DNA of 64,000 bases from an uncultured Collinsella sp. (GTDB lineage: Bacteria; Actinomycetota; Coriobacteriia; Coriobacteriales; Coriobacteriaceae): positions 486 through 64,485 of the forward strand of contig CAADUO010000042.1 in the NCBI GenBank assembly GCA_900752215.1, in the 5' to 3' direction. The number at the start of each line of letters is the position of its first letter. The first letter of the stretch is position 1. The notes beneath the pieces were generated by a model. It did no database searches. It was not told where the DNA came from and saw nothing but the letters and a program-made list of their open reading frames with translations. The translations under genes were made by a program, and so were the position numbers. Positions 48,861-57,642 of the stretch are shown piece by piece.

Positions 48861-50768
48861 CTAGAGCTCCTTTTGCAGATAAAGGCCATGGTCATAAAAT
48901 CCAAGATGGCGATAGTACTCGCGCGTACCGATCGCGCTAATCACGTTGATGCGCGCATAACCCGCATCCCGGGCAATCTCGCACGCACGCTCAACGAGCA
49001 AACGCCCCAACCCGTGATGCTGCGCCGCCTGGCCTTGATCCCCCACGCGCGCCGCCATGCCATACACGTGCACCTCGCGAATCATCGCCTCGTCCGGCGT
49101 CGTCGGCAACTCATCCGCATGCGCGGTGACAAAGGCGCGATCGGGCAGGGACAGGCGCAAAAAACCCGCGATCTTGCCTTCGGGCGTCACCCACTGCAAA
49201 AAGCGCTCGTGCGTCACCGGCGTCTCGTACGCCACTTCCTCGTCAAGGGTCAACTCGTCCAGGTCGGCACCCGCCGTGCTGATCTCGCGATAGCGGATCT
49301 CACGCACCGTCGCGCCTTCCCCACGAGCCGCCAAGCGGTTTTCGACGAGCTGACGCAGGTTGGGTTTCTTGTTGCCCGCCATGATGTCGTCGGAGCTAAA
49401 GTCGCGAATCATGCGACTGATGCGGCAGAACGCTGGCGTCACCACGATGTCGTCGGCCAACACATCGAGCAGCTCTTCCTCGGTATAGGGGCGCCACTCG
49501 CCGCGCTCATAGAGGCCCACCAGACGCGAGCCCTCGATGAGCGCGCACGGGTAGACCTTGACCTCGTCGGGCATAAAGGCCCCCTCGGTCATAAAGCGCT
49601 CGTAGTCGCGCTTGTCCCCCTCGGGCGTAGCGCCCAGCAAGTTGAGCATAAAATGCGCGTGGATCTTAAAGCCAAACAGACGCGCAAGCGAAAACGCCCG
49701 CTCGATCTGCGCCACCGAAATGCGACGCTCGTTGATATCGAGCAGGTGCTGGTCAAGGCTTTGGATACCCATCTGAATCTTGGTGCAGCCCAGGCGACGA
49801 ATGAGCGTGAGCGCCTGTGGCGTCACGGCATCGGGGCGCGTCTCGATAACGAGCCCCACCACGCGATGCTTCGCCGTCTCGTTGATGCGCTGCTGACGTT
49901 CAAGCTCCTCCATCGTGGTCGTCTGCCACTCGGCGACCTCGCCCCACGGCGTACCGGGACCGTACAGACGACGCACCGCGCGGTAATAGCCACCCACGGC
50001 AGCATCCACACGTCCCTGCTCGTCGGCAACGCCGGCAGCAAGCTCGACCTCGTCGGTCGCAATACCGGCGGCCCGATAGCGCTCACGACGCTCCGCCACC
50101 ACCGGCGGCAAGGCATCGGCGGGAGCGTCATCGAGTAGACGCCCTGCCTCGGCACGGCTGATACCCGGGCGCGCCAACATGGGATTAGCCGCCACGCCGG
50201 CGACGGCATCGTCATTGAGCGCACGGAAGAGCTCCGACATAAACCATGTCTGATAGCCTTCCGGATAGTCGCTCCAGGTACCGCCAAGCACAATGAGCTC
50301 GATTTTATCGGTCGCATGACCCATCTGCGAAAGCGCGGTCAGGCGAGCGCTCACCTGCAGATACGGGTCGAAGCAGTTTTGCTCCGCACGGGCGCATGCC
50401 GGCTCGGCGTGCAGATAGCTCTTGGGCATGCGCAGATCGTTGGGACAAAACAGGCAATCGCCCGAGCACGGCCACGGCTTGGTGATGACGGTAATGGTCG
50501 CCACGCCCGAGGCCGTTCGGCGCGGCTTCATACGCAGCACCTGCAGCAGTCGACGTTCCAGCTCGGCATCGACATTCCACCCAGCCCAACGAGCCGGCTC
50601 CTCGCGCTTCACCCGCTGGTAAAACGGCAGCAGGCGGCGCTTGGCCAAATCGCGTTTGTCGGCACCCTCACGGCGCGCCTCGGCATGTATCAATTTGACG
50701 AGTGCCTTGTCGTCTACGGTCTCGCCGTGACGCAGAGCATCGAGTATGTTCAAGATAATCTGTTCCAT
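48861..50768 (-). CDS. elp3: Elp3-like radical SAM + GNAT tRNA-modifying enzyme
   Basis: RTASGVA.ITV.TKPWPCSGDCLFCP, PKSY..EP, DKIELIVLGGT, IETRPD, GIQS, K.YP, R..RD, IRYRE, GFLRL, IREVHVYG, QHHGLG..L, VISAIGTREYY..LG. Confidence 0.9.
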   Translation of the reverse strand: MEQIILNILDALRHGETVDDKALVKLIHAEARREGADKRDLAKRRLLPFYQRVKREEPARWAGWNVDAELERRLLQVLRMKPRRTASGVATITVITKPWPCSGDCLFCPNDLRMPKSYLHAEPACARAEQNCFDPYLQVSARLTALSQMGHATDKIELIVLGGTWSDYPEGYQTWFMSELFRALNDDAVAGVAANPMLARPGISRAEAGRLLDDAPADALPPVVAERRERYRAAGIATDEVELAAGVADEQGRVDAAVGGYYRAVRRLYGPGTPWGEVAEWQTTTMEELERQQRINETAKHRVVGLVIETRPDAVTPQALTLIRRLGCTKIQMGIQSLDQHLLDINERRISVAQIERAFSLARLFGFKIHAHFMLNLLGATPEGDKRDYERFMTEGAFMPDEVKVYPCALIEGSRLVGLYERGEWRPYTEEELLDVLADDIVVTPAFCRISRMIRDFSSDDIMAGNKKPNLRQLVENRLAARGEGATVREIRYREISTAGADLDELTLDEEVAYETPVTHERFLQWVTPEGKIAGFLRLSLPDRAFVTAHADELPTTPDEAMIREVHVYGMAARVGDQGQAAQHHGLGRLLVERACEIARDAGYARINVISAIGTREYYRHLGFYDHGLYLQKEL

Positions 50769-50787
50769 GCCCCCATTGTAAAGGCAA

Positions 50788-50819
50788 AGGCGCCGGAGCC
50801 AGTCACGGCTCCGGCGCCT
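50788..50819 (-). terminator. Terminator after the DUF4097 gene, adjacent to the elp3 promoter
   Basis: AGGCGCCGGAGCC-loop-GGCTCCGGCGCCT; T-rich run follows on the minus strand. Confidence 0.7.
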
Positions 50820-50864
50820 CCATCAAAGAGCATGCCTATATGTACCGATCTCCGAAAACCGCTG

Positions 50865-51764
50865 TCACTCCGAATCAAACGACATGTCGCCCGAACCGAC
50901 CTCAAAACGATACGTGGCAGACTTATCGCCGTTATCGAATTCAAGATCCAAAATGGTCTCGCCATCGTAGCCAAGCGGAAGGAAATCGCTCTCGAAGTCG
51001 CCGCTTCCCAAGGTGAGGCTCGCCTTAAAGCCCGTCGAGTTCGGAACCGTCATCTCCACATCGCCCGAGCCCACACTCACGTCCATCGACTTCGCGGGGG
51101 CCTGGTAGAGCTCGAACGTCACATCGCCCGAACCGACCTCGGCATTCAGGGTATCGGTCACGGTGCCCGTAAACTCAACGTCTCCCGAGTCCAGCGTTAC
51201 ATCCAGATCATGGCACGCAATGCCCGCGACCGTCAGGTCACCCGACCCCACATTCGCCGTAATGCCCGCCAGGTTATCCGCAACATCTCGCGGCAGCTCA
51301 ATGGTAATTGTGCGGTCAATCGCGCGCTTATCATCGTAGTCGAACTGACTGATCTTGAGCGTAGAGCCCTTGACCTCAGCAAGGTTCCGGGTAGCCGCAT
51401 CAGAAGCAGACGTTCCCTTCGCAACGCGGCCGCTTTCGATAACACGCACCGGGCCGCCAGAGACACATTTTACATCGACCGTCCCCGACGTCACGTCCAA
51501 GTCGAGCGATTGGAACGCGTCGGCATCAAATGTTTCGCTCGAAAGCTGCTGAGGTCGAGCGGAATAGTTACCGCTATCCAAAAGATCATCATCGTCAAAC
51601 ATATCGTCCATGCCAGACAAGCCTGGTACAACATCGTCGAGATCCCACGGGCCATCAAAATGAATCAAAGTCCGCGAAACGCCAAAAACAAGCCCGATAA
51701 TCAGTACAAACGTCCCGATGCCAACGCCCAAGCGTACCTTGGATTCATGCGAAAGCTTCATCAT
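50865..51764 (-). CDS. Membrane-anchored DUF4097 (putative adhesin) beta-repeat protein
   Basis: N-terminal TM helix; repeated (V/L)xSGD(V/L/M/F) strands. Confidence 0.8.
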   Translation of the reverse strand: MMKLSHESKVRLGVGIGTFVLIIGLVFGVSRTLIHFDGPWDLDDVVPGLSGMDDMFDDDDLLDSGNYSARPQQLSSETFDADAFQSLDLDVTSGTVDVKCVSGGPVRVIESGRVAKGTSASDAATRNLAEVKGSTLKISQFDYDDKRAIDRTITIELPRDVADNLAGITANVGSGDLTVAGIACHDLDVTLDSGDVEFTGTVTDTLNAEVGSGDVTFELYQAPAKSMDVSVGSGDVEMTVPNSTGFKASLTLGSGDFESDFLPLGYDGETILDLEFDNGDKSATYRFEVGSGDMSFDSE

Positions 51765-52477
51765 TCATCACCCTCTTTGGCAATCGGCTCAGCGGTGGTC
51801 GCGGTAGCCACGTCAGTATCAACCGGAGCGGAAACATTCTGAGCCCTAGCTGTCACCGGTGCCGGACCAACCTGAATATCCCCGCGTGCCCAATCACCAT
51901 CGAGCGCACGCGCTACCCAGTGATAGATGGGAATCGTAAAGAAGATCAGCGCGGCAAAGGGGCCGGCACCAAACGGGAACATCAGTAAAAAGAACAGCAG
52001 CCAACACACGGCCCAATACGGGAACGACTGGAACGGGCCCTTCACCGGAGTCGAGCCAACTGCGCCGCCACTCGTCGCCTGCGCCGTAGCAGCATTGGCG
52101 GCCTGCGCACTCCAGCTTGCCGCTTGCGCCGCCTTGGCGGCGGCATCACTCGCCTGTGTTGCCGCCTCGGTGGCACGTGCCGCCGCCTCATGGGTGCGTG
52201 CGCGCTCTGCCGCCTCGGCCTCGCGCTGGCGGGCGCGGTCCTCGTTCTCAAACTCGATATCGTCCTCGATCTCATCGCTCGGATTGAGCAGCTCGTCCAG
52301 GCTCACGCCATAGAGCTTGGCGAGCGAGATCAGGTTCTCGGTATCGGGCGAGCTCTCCGCGCGCTCCCATTTGCTGACCGCTTGGCGCGACAGGCCCAGC
52401 TTTCGCGCCAGCCCCTCTTGACTAAAACCCTTGCTGCGACGAAGGTCGGCGAGCCGCTGCGCAGTTTCTACATTCAT
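51761..52477 (-). CDS. XRE-family HTH regulator with C-terminal membrane segments
   Basis: LRRSKGFSQEGLARKLGLSRQAVSKWE...SPDTENL..L..LYGVSLDELL; Ala-rich coil; 2 TM segments. Confidence 0.9.
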   Translation of the reverse strand: MNVETAQRLADLRRSKGFSQEGLARKLGLSRQAVSKWERAESSPDTENLISLAKLYGVSLDELLNPSDEIEDDIEFENEDRARQREAEAAERARTHEAAARATEAATQASDAAAKAAQAASWSAQAANAATAQATSGGAVGSTPVKGPFQSFPYWAVCWLLFFLLMFPFGAGPFAALIFFTIPIYHWVARALDGDWARGDIQVGPAPVTARAQNVSAPVDTDVATATTAEPIAKEGDE

Positions 52478-52598
52478 GGTTCCTCCTATGTGATGCCAGC
52501 CGTGCCGCCGGACCGATTTATTTCTTAAGGCGCCTTGCACAGTTAAAATCTATCCGCCACCGCCAAAAGCATGCCACCTATTCTAGTGAGATTTTTGA

Positions 52599-52611
52599 CA
52601 ACCGGCGGTTG
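52599..52611. promoter_or_regulatory. Palindromic operator candidate for the XRE operon
   Basis: CAACC-GGC-GGTTG upstream of a minus-strand TAGAAT -10 (52585-52580). Confidence 0.45.
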
Positions 52612-52743
52612 CGGGTGCATATGAGCTGCGGAAATGTGTCCAAACAAAGCAATGACCCGTAGCTTGGTTGTCCCCGTTGCGGCGTTAACGGTAGTATGGT
52701 CGTACTGTTTATTCCGCACCGCCAACGGAGGGAGTCCCGCGCC

Positions 52744-53616
52744 GTGAACCGCGATTTCGCCTCATCGCTCATCCAGCTCAACAACACGTTCTATCGCGAA
52801 CACTCCGCCTCCTTCTCCGATACGCGCCAGGCCCCGTGGCCCGGCTGGGTGCACACCATGGACATCGCGCTCGGGCAGCTCGACGTCGCCACGATCGAGC
52901 ATCCCGTCCGCGTCTTCGATCTTGCCTGCGGCAATATGCGATTCGAGAACTTTGCCGCCGGCGGCGCACTTGCCGCCAAGGGCGTCGATGGCGCAAACCC
53001 CTCGGCAGACGCCAGCTGCCCGTTTGAGTTCTATGGCGTCGACTCTTGCCAAGACCTGGCCATCGATGCACGTGGCCACGCCCTGCGCATTCCCAACCTG
53101 CACTTCCAGGAACTCGACGTGCTCGACGCCCTTATGAAGCTCACCCCCGCCGAGACGCCCGACGTGCTTTTCGACGCCCCGCTCGCCGACATCTCGGTCT
53201 GCTTTGGCTTTATGCACCACGTGCCGTCGTGCGAGTACCGCGTGCGCGTGCTCGACGCCCTGGTGCGGCAGACGCGCCCAGGCGGCATCATCGCCATCAG
53301 CTTTTGGGAGTTTATGAACGACGAGCGCATGGCGCGCAAGGCCGTTCGCGCCGAGGCCCGTGCCGAGCTCACCCCGCCGTTTGAGGGTTACGACTCCACG
53401 CAGTTTGAAGCCGGCGACCACCTCATTGGCTGGCAAAACGACCGCCATGCCTACCGCTATTGCCACCACTTTGACGATCAGCAGATCACCGACCTGGTGC
53501 GCGGCGTGCGCACGTTCTACAAGAGCGGCGAGGTTCCCGTGCGCGAGCTTGAGCGCTTCCATGCCGACGGTCGCAGCGGCGAGCTCAACCGCTATGTGAT
53601 TCTCAAGCGTCTGTAG
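52744..53616 (+). CDS. Class I SAM methyltransferase, Trm9/ALKBH8-MT-like
   Basis: FY...SASFSDTRQAPWP, DLACGN, GVD, MHHVPS.E.R, RPGG...ISFW, D.LIGW, YRYCH.F; GTG 52744 after GGAGG. Confidence 0.8.
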   Translation: MNRDFASSLIQLNNTFYREHSASFSDTRQAPWPGWVHTMDIALGQLDVATIEHPVRVFDLACGNMRFENFAAGGALAAKGVDGANPSADASCPFEFYGVDSCQDLAIDARGHALRIPNLHFQELDVLDALMKLTPAETPDVLFDAPLADISVCFGFMHHVPSCEYRVRVLDALVRQTRPGGIIAISFWEFMNDERMARKAVRAEARAELTPPFEGYDSTQFEAGDHLIGWQNDRHAYRYCHHFDDQQITDLVRGVRTFYKSGEVPVRELERFHADGRSGELNRYVILKRL

Positions 53617-53733
53617 GCACCGACGACTCGCCGCCGAGCCGCACCGTATCTTTCGGGCACGTCGTGCCCACCCCTTCCAACCCATTACCGGAACATGCAG
53701 TTATGCGTTCCGTACTTATGACCAAGGAGCCTC

Positions 53734-54615
53734 ATGGGAGCCGTCCACGTTCGCACACCTAAGAACTTTGTGCTCGAGGAGCGCCTGGAGCGCTACGCCG
53801 ATGCGATTGAGACGAACCCCGAGGCCTATGCCGGAGATTGGCGCGAAGCGTGTGCGCCCGCAGGCAGCAAGCCCTTCGAACGCCTTCACCTGGATCTTGG
53901 CTGTGGCAAGGGAACGTACCTTGTAGAGCGCGCGGTCCACGAGCCAAACACGCTCTTTATCGGCATGGACCAAGAGCCCATCTGCATCGCCTATGCCGCG
54001 CAGAAATTCTGCGAGCAGGAACTGACCAACGCACTCGTCCTGCCCCGAGGCGCCGCATCGTTGCCGCAGTTGTTTGCCGCAGGCGAGCTCGAAGCCATAA
54101 CCATCAACTTTCCCACGCCGCAGCCCAAGGCCAAGTACGCCAAAAAGCGACTCGTCCATGTCGACCATTTGATGCTCTACCGCCCGCTCCTTGCAGCCGG
54201 CGCTACCGTCACGCTGCGAACCGACAGCAAGCCACTGCGCGACTACGCCCTGGGGCAGTTTGCCGCGGCCGGCTACGATACGCTTTGGGTAAGCGACGAC
54301 GTTCGCCGCGACCATCCCGAGCATCCCGAGACCGAATACGAGCGCCGCACGCGCGAGATGGGTGCAGCCGTCTATGGCATTTGCGCCACTCCCGACACGC
54401 TGCCCAGCGATGAACAGCTCCAAGCGGGCCGCGTGCAGGAGCAAAGTCTTGCCTGCTACCTGCCCGATAACCTCGATGAGCTCATCTATGTACCTCTGGG
54501 CATGGAAGAGGCCGTCGAGAACTTTAAAAACCGCGCCCGCAAGGGCAAGAAGCGCTTACCGCAGGAGTCCCAGGGGCCTCTGATGGTCGCAGCTTCGGCA
54601 AACAAGCGCAAATAG
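53734..54615 (+). CDS. trmB: tRNA (guanine-N7)-methyltransferase
   Basis: LDLGCGKG, FIGMD, INFPTPQPKAKYAKKRLV, LRTD, ETEYERR. Confidence 0.88.
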   Translation: MGAVHVRTPKNFVLEERLERYADAIETNPEAYAGDWREACAPAGSKPFERLHLDLGCGKGTYLVERAVHEPNTLFIGMDQEPICIAYAAQKFCEQELTNALVLPRGAASLPQLFAAGELEAITINFPTPQPKAKYAKKRLVHVDHLMLYRPLLAAGATVTLRTDSKPLRDYALGQFAAAGYDTLWVSDDVRRDHPEHPETEYERRTREMGAAVYGICATPDTLPSDEQLQAGRVQEQSLACYLPDNLDELIYVPLGMEEAVENFKNRARKGKKRLPQESQGPLMVAASANKRK

Positions 54616-54638
54616 GCGCCAGCAAACGGCCCTCACAC

Positions 54639-54761
54639 CTAAGTGAGTAGACTTTTTTGCAATAGCCAAGCACAACCCGCATAGCAAATAATAAAACCGC
54701 AGGTAGAGCCCTTGCGCAAAAGCCGCGTGCTCGCGATATCGCAAAAAGTCTACTCACTTAG
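54639..54761. mobile_element. MITE-like element, 123 bp, with 19-bp perfect terminal inverted repeats
   Basis: CTAAGTGAGTAGACTTTTT (54639-54657) and AAAAAGTCTACTCACTTAG (54743-54761); no coding capacity. Confidence 0.6.
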
Positions 54762-54882
54762 CCAGCGACTACACTAAACGGCTGGGCAGAACGCCCATTT
54801 CCTGCATTTTCTTGCCTGCGAACGCATCGATGCGACGCTACGCCATAATAGTTGGCGGACAATCGCGAGAGAAAGCAAACGC

Positions 54883-57564
54883 ATGGCACAGACCAAGACA
54901 GATACCGCCGCCAGCACCGTCTCCGGCGCCGGGGCCGCCAGCTCATTCTCGGGCGGCACGGGAACCGAAGCTGAGTTCGGCTCGCTCGGCGCGCTCTCCC
55001 CCACCTGGTGGGAGCCCGAGGACGGCAGTGAGCCCGAACCATGGCTCACGCCCGATCAAGCCTTCGAACGCTTCTTTGAATGGACGAGCGACCGCGGCGT
55101 TGAGCTGTGGGATCACCAAGAAGAGGCCCTCATGGACCTGGCCGCCGGCGATCACGTCATTTTGGGCACGCCGACCGGATCGGGCAAGTCGCTCGTCGCG
55201 CTGGGCATGCTCTTTATGGGCATGGCGCAGGGCAAACGCTGCTACTACACGGCTCCTATCAAGGCTCTGGTCAGCGAGAAGTTTTTCGATCTGGTGCAGG
55301 TACTCGGCCGCGATAACGTCGGCATGATCACCGGCGATACGCATATCAATACCAAGGCGCCCGTCATCTGCTGCACGGCCGAAATCCTTGCCAACGATGC
55401 GCTGCGCGAGGGCGAGGACGCCGATGTGGGCTGCGTGGCCATGGACGAGTTCCATTACTTTGCCGACCCCGACCGCGGCTGGGCCTGGCAGGTGCCGCTG
55501 CTCACCCTGCCCCACACGCAGTTTATGCTCATGAGCGCCACGCTCGGCGATGTCACTGCCATCGCCGCCTCACTCGAGGAGCACACCGGCGCTGCTTGCG
55601 ACTTGGTTGTCGACGCCCCACGTCCTGTTCCGCTGAGCTACGACTATGTGACGACCTCCCTCGAGGGCACGGTCGAGCTCGCCATGCGCCGCGGCGAGGC
55701 CCCGCTCTATATCGTGCACTTTAGCCAGGATGCCGCCCTTGCGACGGCACAGTCGCTCGCCAATTTTGGCATCGCTAGCAAGGAACAGCGCGAGGCCATT
55801 AAGGAAGCTGCCAAAGGCACGAGCTTCTCGACGGCCTTTGGCAAGATTCTCAAGCGCCTGCTTGGATGCGGCGTCGGCGTGCACCATGCTGGCATGTTGC
55901 CGCGCTATCGTCTGCTGGTCGAGCGCCTGGCGCAGCAGGGCCTGTTGCCCGTCATCTGCGGTACCGACACACTCGGCGTCGGCATTAACGTACCCATCCA
56001 CACCGTGGTGCTCACCGCGCTCACCAAGTTCGACGGCTACAAGATGCGTCGCCTGCGCGCCCGTGAGTTCCATCAGATCGCCGGTCGCGCCGGTCGCTCG
56101 GGCTTCGATACCGAGGGCATGGTGATCGCCGAGGCACCCGAGCACGAGATCAAGAATGCCAAGCTTATGGCCAAGGCGGGCGACGATCCCAAAAAGCTCC
56201 GCAAGATTAAAAAGAAGAAGGCCCCCGAGGGCTTTGTCACCTGGAACAAGCAGACCTTTGAGCGCCTGATCGAGACGCAGCCCGAGACACTCAAGCCGCG
56301 CCTGCGCATCACACACTCCATGGTGATTAGCGTGGTCGAGCAGGGCGGCGACGCCCGCGTCCGCGTGCACGACCTCATCGAGACGAGCCTACAGACTCCC
56401 GAGGAAAAGGCTAAGCTCGAGGTTCGCGCCGACGAAATCTTCGCCACACTCATCGATTCCGGTGTCGTCGTTCGCACCGAGGTGCCGCCCGCACCCGACG
56501 CCCCGACTGACGCCGCACCAGACATCGACTATGCGCTGACGGTCGATCTGCCCGAGGACTTTGCGCTCGATCAGCCGCTCTCGCCGTTTTTGCTTGCCGC
56601 GCTGGAGCTGCTCGATCCCGAGAGCGAGACCTATACCATGGATCTGATCTCTATGGTCGAGGCAACGCTCGAGGATCCCAAGCAGGTGCTGCGCGCACAG
56701 GAGCGCGCCGCACGCGATCGCGCTATGGCCGAGATGAAAGCCGACGGCATCGAGTATGAGGAGCGCTTGGAGCGCATTCAGGACGTCACGTATGAAAAGC
56801 CGCTCGAGGATTTGCTCGACGCCGCTTTTGACAAGTACTGCCAGGAAGTGCCCTGGGCCAACGACTACCAGCTCTCTCCCAAGAGCGTCCTGCGCGATAT
56901 GCTGGAAAGCGCGAGCGATTTTAAGGGTTACATTCAAAAGCTCGGCATCGCCCGCTCCGAGGGCATTTTGCTGCGCTACCTGGCAGAGGCCTACCGCTCG
57001 CTCGACCGCACCGTGCCCATCGAGAAGCGCGACGAGCGTCTGCGCGACATTATCTCGTGGCTGGGCTTTGTGGTGCGCTCGGTGGACTCGAGCCTGGTGG
57101 ACGAGTGGGAGAACGCCGGCAATCCGGCAGCCCTCGATGCTGCGCCGCCGCAGGGCATCGACGAGGTCGTGGCGGACCGCCGCGGCTGCACGTTGTTGGT
57201 GCGCAACGCGCTCTTCCGCCGCGTGACCCTTGCCGCCCGCGAGCACGTTCGCGACCTGGGCGAGCTCGATGACGACTGGGGCATGAGCGAGATTCGCTGG
57301 CAAAAAGCGCTCGATGCCTACCATGAGCAGCACGAGGAAATCCTCACCGACGGAGACGCCCGCAGCGCCGCGATGTTTTCCATCGACGAGTCCGACGAGA
57401 AGACCGCGCACGTATGGCACGTGCACCAGATCTTTGCCGACGAGGACGGCGACCACGACTTTGGCATCATGGGCGATGTCGATCTGGACGCCACACAAGA
57501 CGGCGGCGAGGTCATCTTCAAAAACTACCGCGTTGGCTTTATCGAGGACCTGCTCGAGGACTAG
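54883..57564 (+). CDS. Ski2/HelY-like DExH helicase with DUF3516-type C-terminus
   Basis: TPTGSGKS, TAPIKALVSEK, DEFH, MSAT, HHAGMLP, GTDTLGVGINVP, QIAGRAGR. Confidence 0.9.
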   Translation: MAQTKTDTAASTVSGAGAASSFSGGTGTEAEFGSLGALSPTWWEPEDGSEPEPWLTPDQAFERFFEWTSDRGVELWDHQEEALMDLAAGDHVILGTPTGSGKSLVALGMLFMGMAQGKRCYYTAPIKALVSEKFFDLVQVLGRDNVGMITGDTHINTKAPVICCTAEILANDALREGEDADVGCVAMDEFHYFADPDRGWAWQVPLLTLPHTQFMLMSATLGDVTAIAASLEEHTGAACDLVVDAPRPVPLSYDYVTTSLEGTVELAMRRGEAPLYIVHFSQDAALATAQSLANFGIASKEQREAIKEAAKGTSFSTAFGKILKRLLGCGVGVHHAGMLPRYRLLVERLAQQGLLPVICGTDTLGVGINVPIHTVVLTALTKFDGYKMRRLRAREFHQIAGRAGRSGFDTEGMVIAEAPEHEIKNAKLMAKAGDDPKKLRKIKKKKAPEGFVTWNKQTFERLIETQPETLKPRLRITHSMVISVVEQGGDARVRVHDLIETSLQTPEEKAKLEVRADEIFATLIDSGVVVRTEVPPAPDAPTDAAPDIDYALTVDLPEDFALDQPLSPFLLAALELLDPESETYTMDLISMVEATLEDPKQVLRAQERAARDRAMAEMKADGIEYEERLERIQDVTYEKPLEDLLDAAFDKYCQEVPWANDYQLSPKSVLRDMLESASDFKGYIQKLGIARSEGILLRYLAEAYRSLDRTVPIEKRDERLRDIISWLGFVVRSVDSSLVDEWENAGNPAALDAAPPQGIDEVVADRRGCTLLVRNALFRRVTLAAREHVRDLGELDDDWGMSEIRWQKALDAYHEQHEEILTDGDARSAAMFSIDESDEKTAHVWHVHQIFADEDGDHDFGIMGDVDLDATQDGGEVIFKNYRVGFIEDLLED

Positions 57565-57585
57565 CCAAACATACTGGAACGAAAC

Positions 57586-57625
57586 AAACGGGGCCGTTGG
57601 CAATATCGCCAGCGGCCCCGCTTTT
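57586..57625. terminator. Bidirectional terminator between convergent genes
   Basis: AAACGGGGCCGTTGGC-loop-GCCAGCGGCCCCGCTTTT. Confidence 0.8.
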
Positions 57626-57642
57626 GCACTATATGCTATGCC

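Noticed and set aside
50865..51300. Short DNA repeats (CGCCCGAACCGACCTC) in the DUF4097 gene
   Set aside because: Explained by the protein's xGSGD beta-strand repeats
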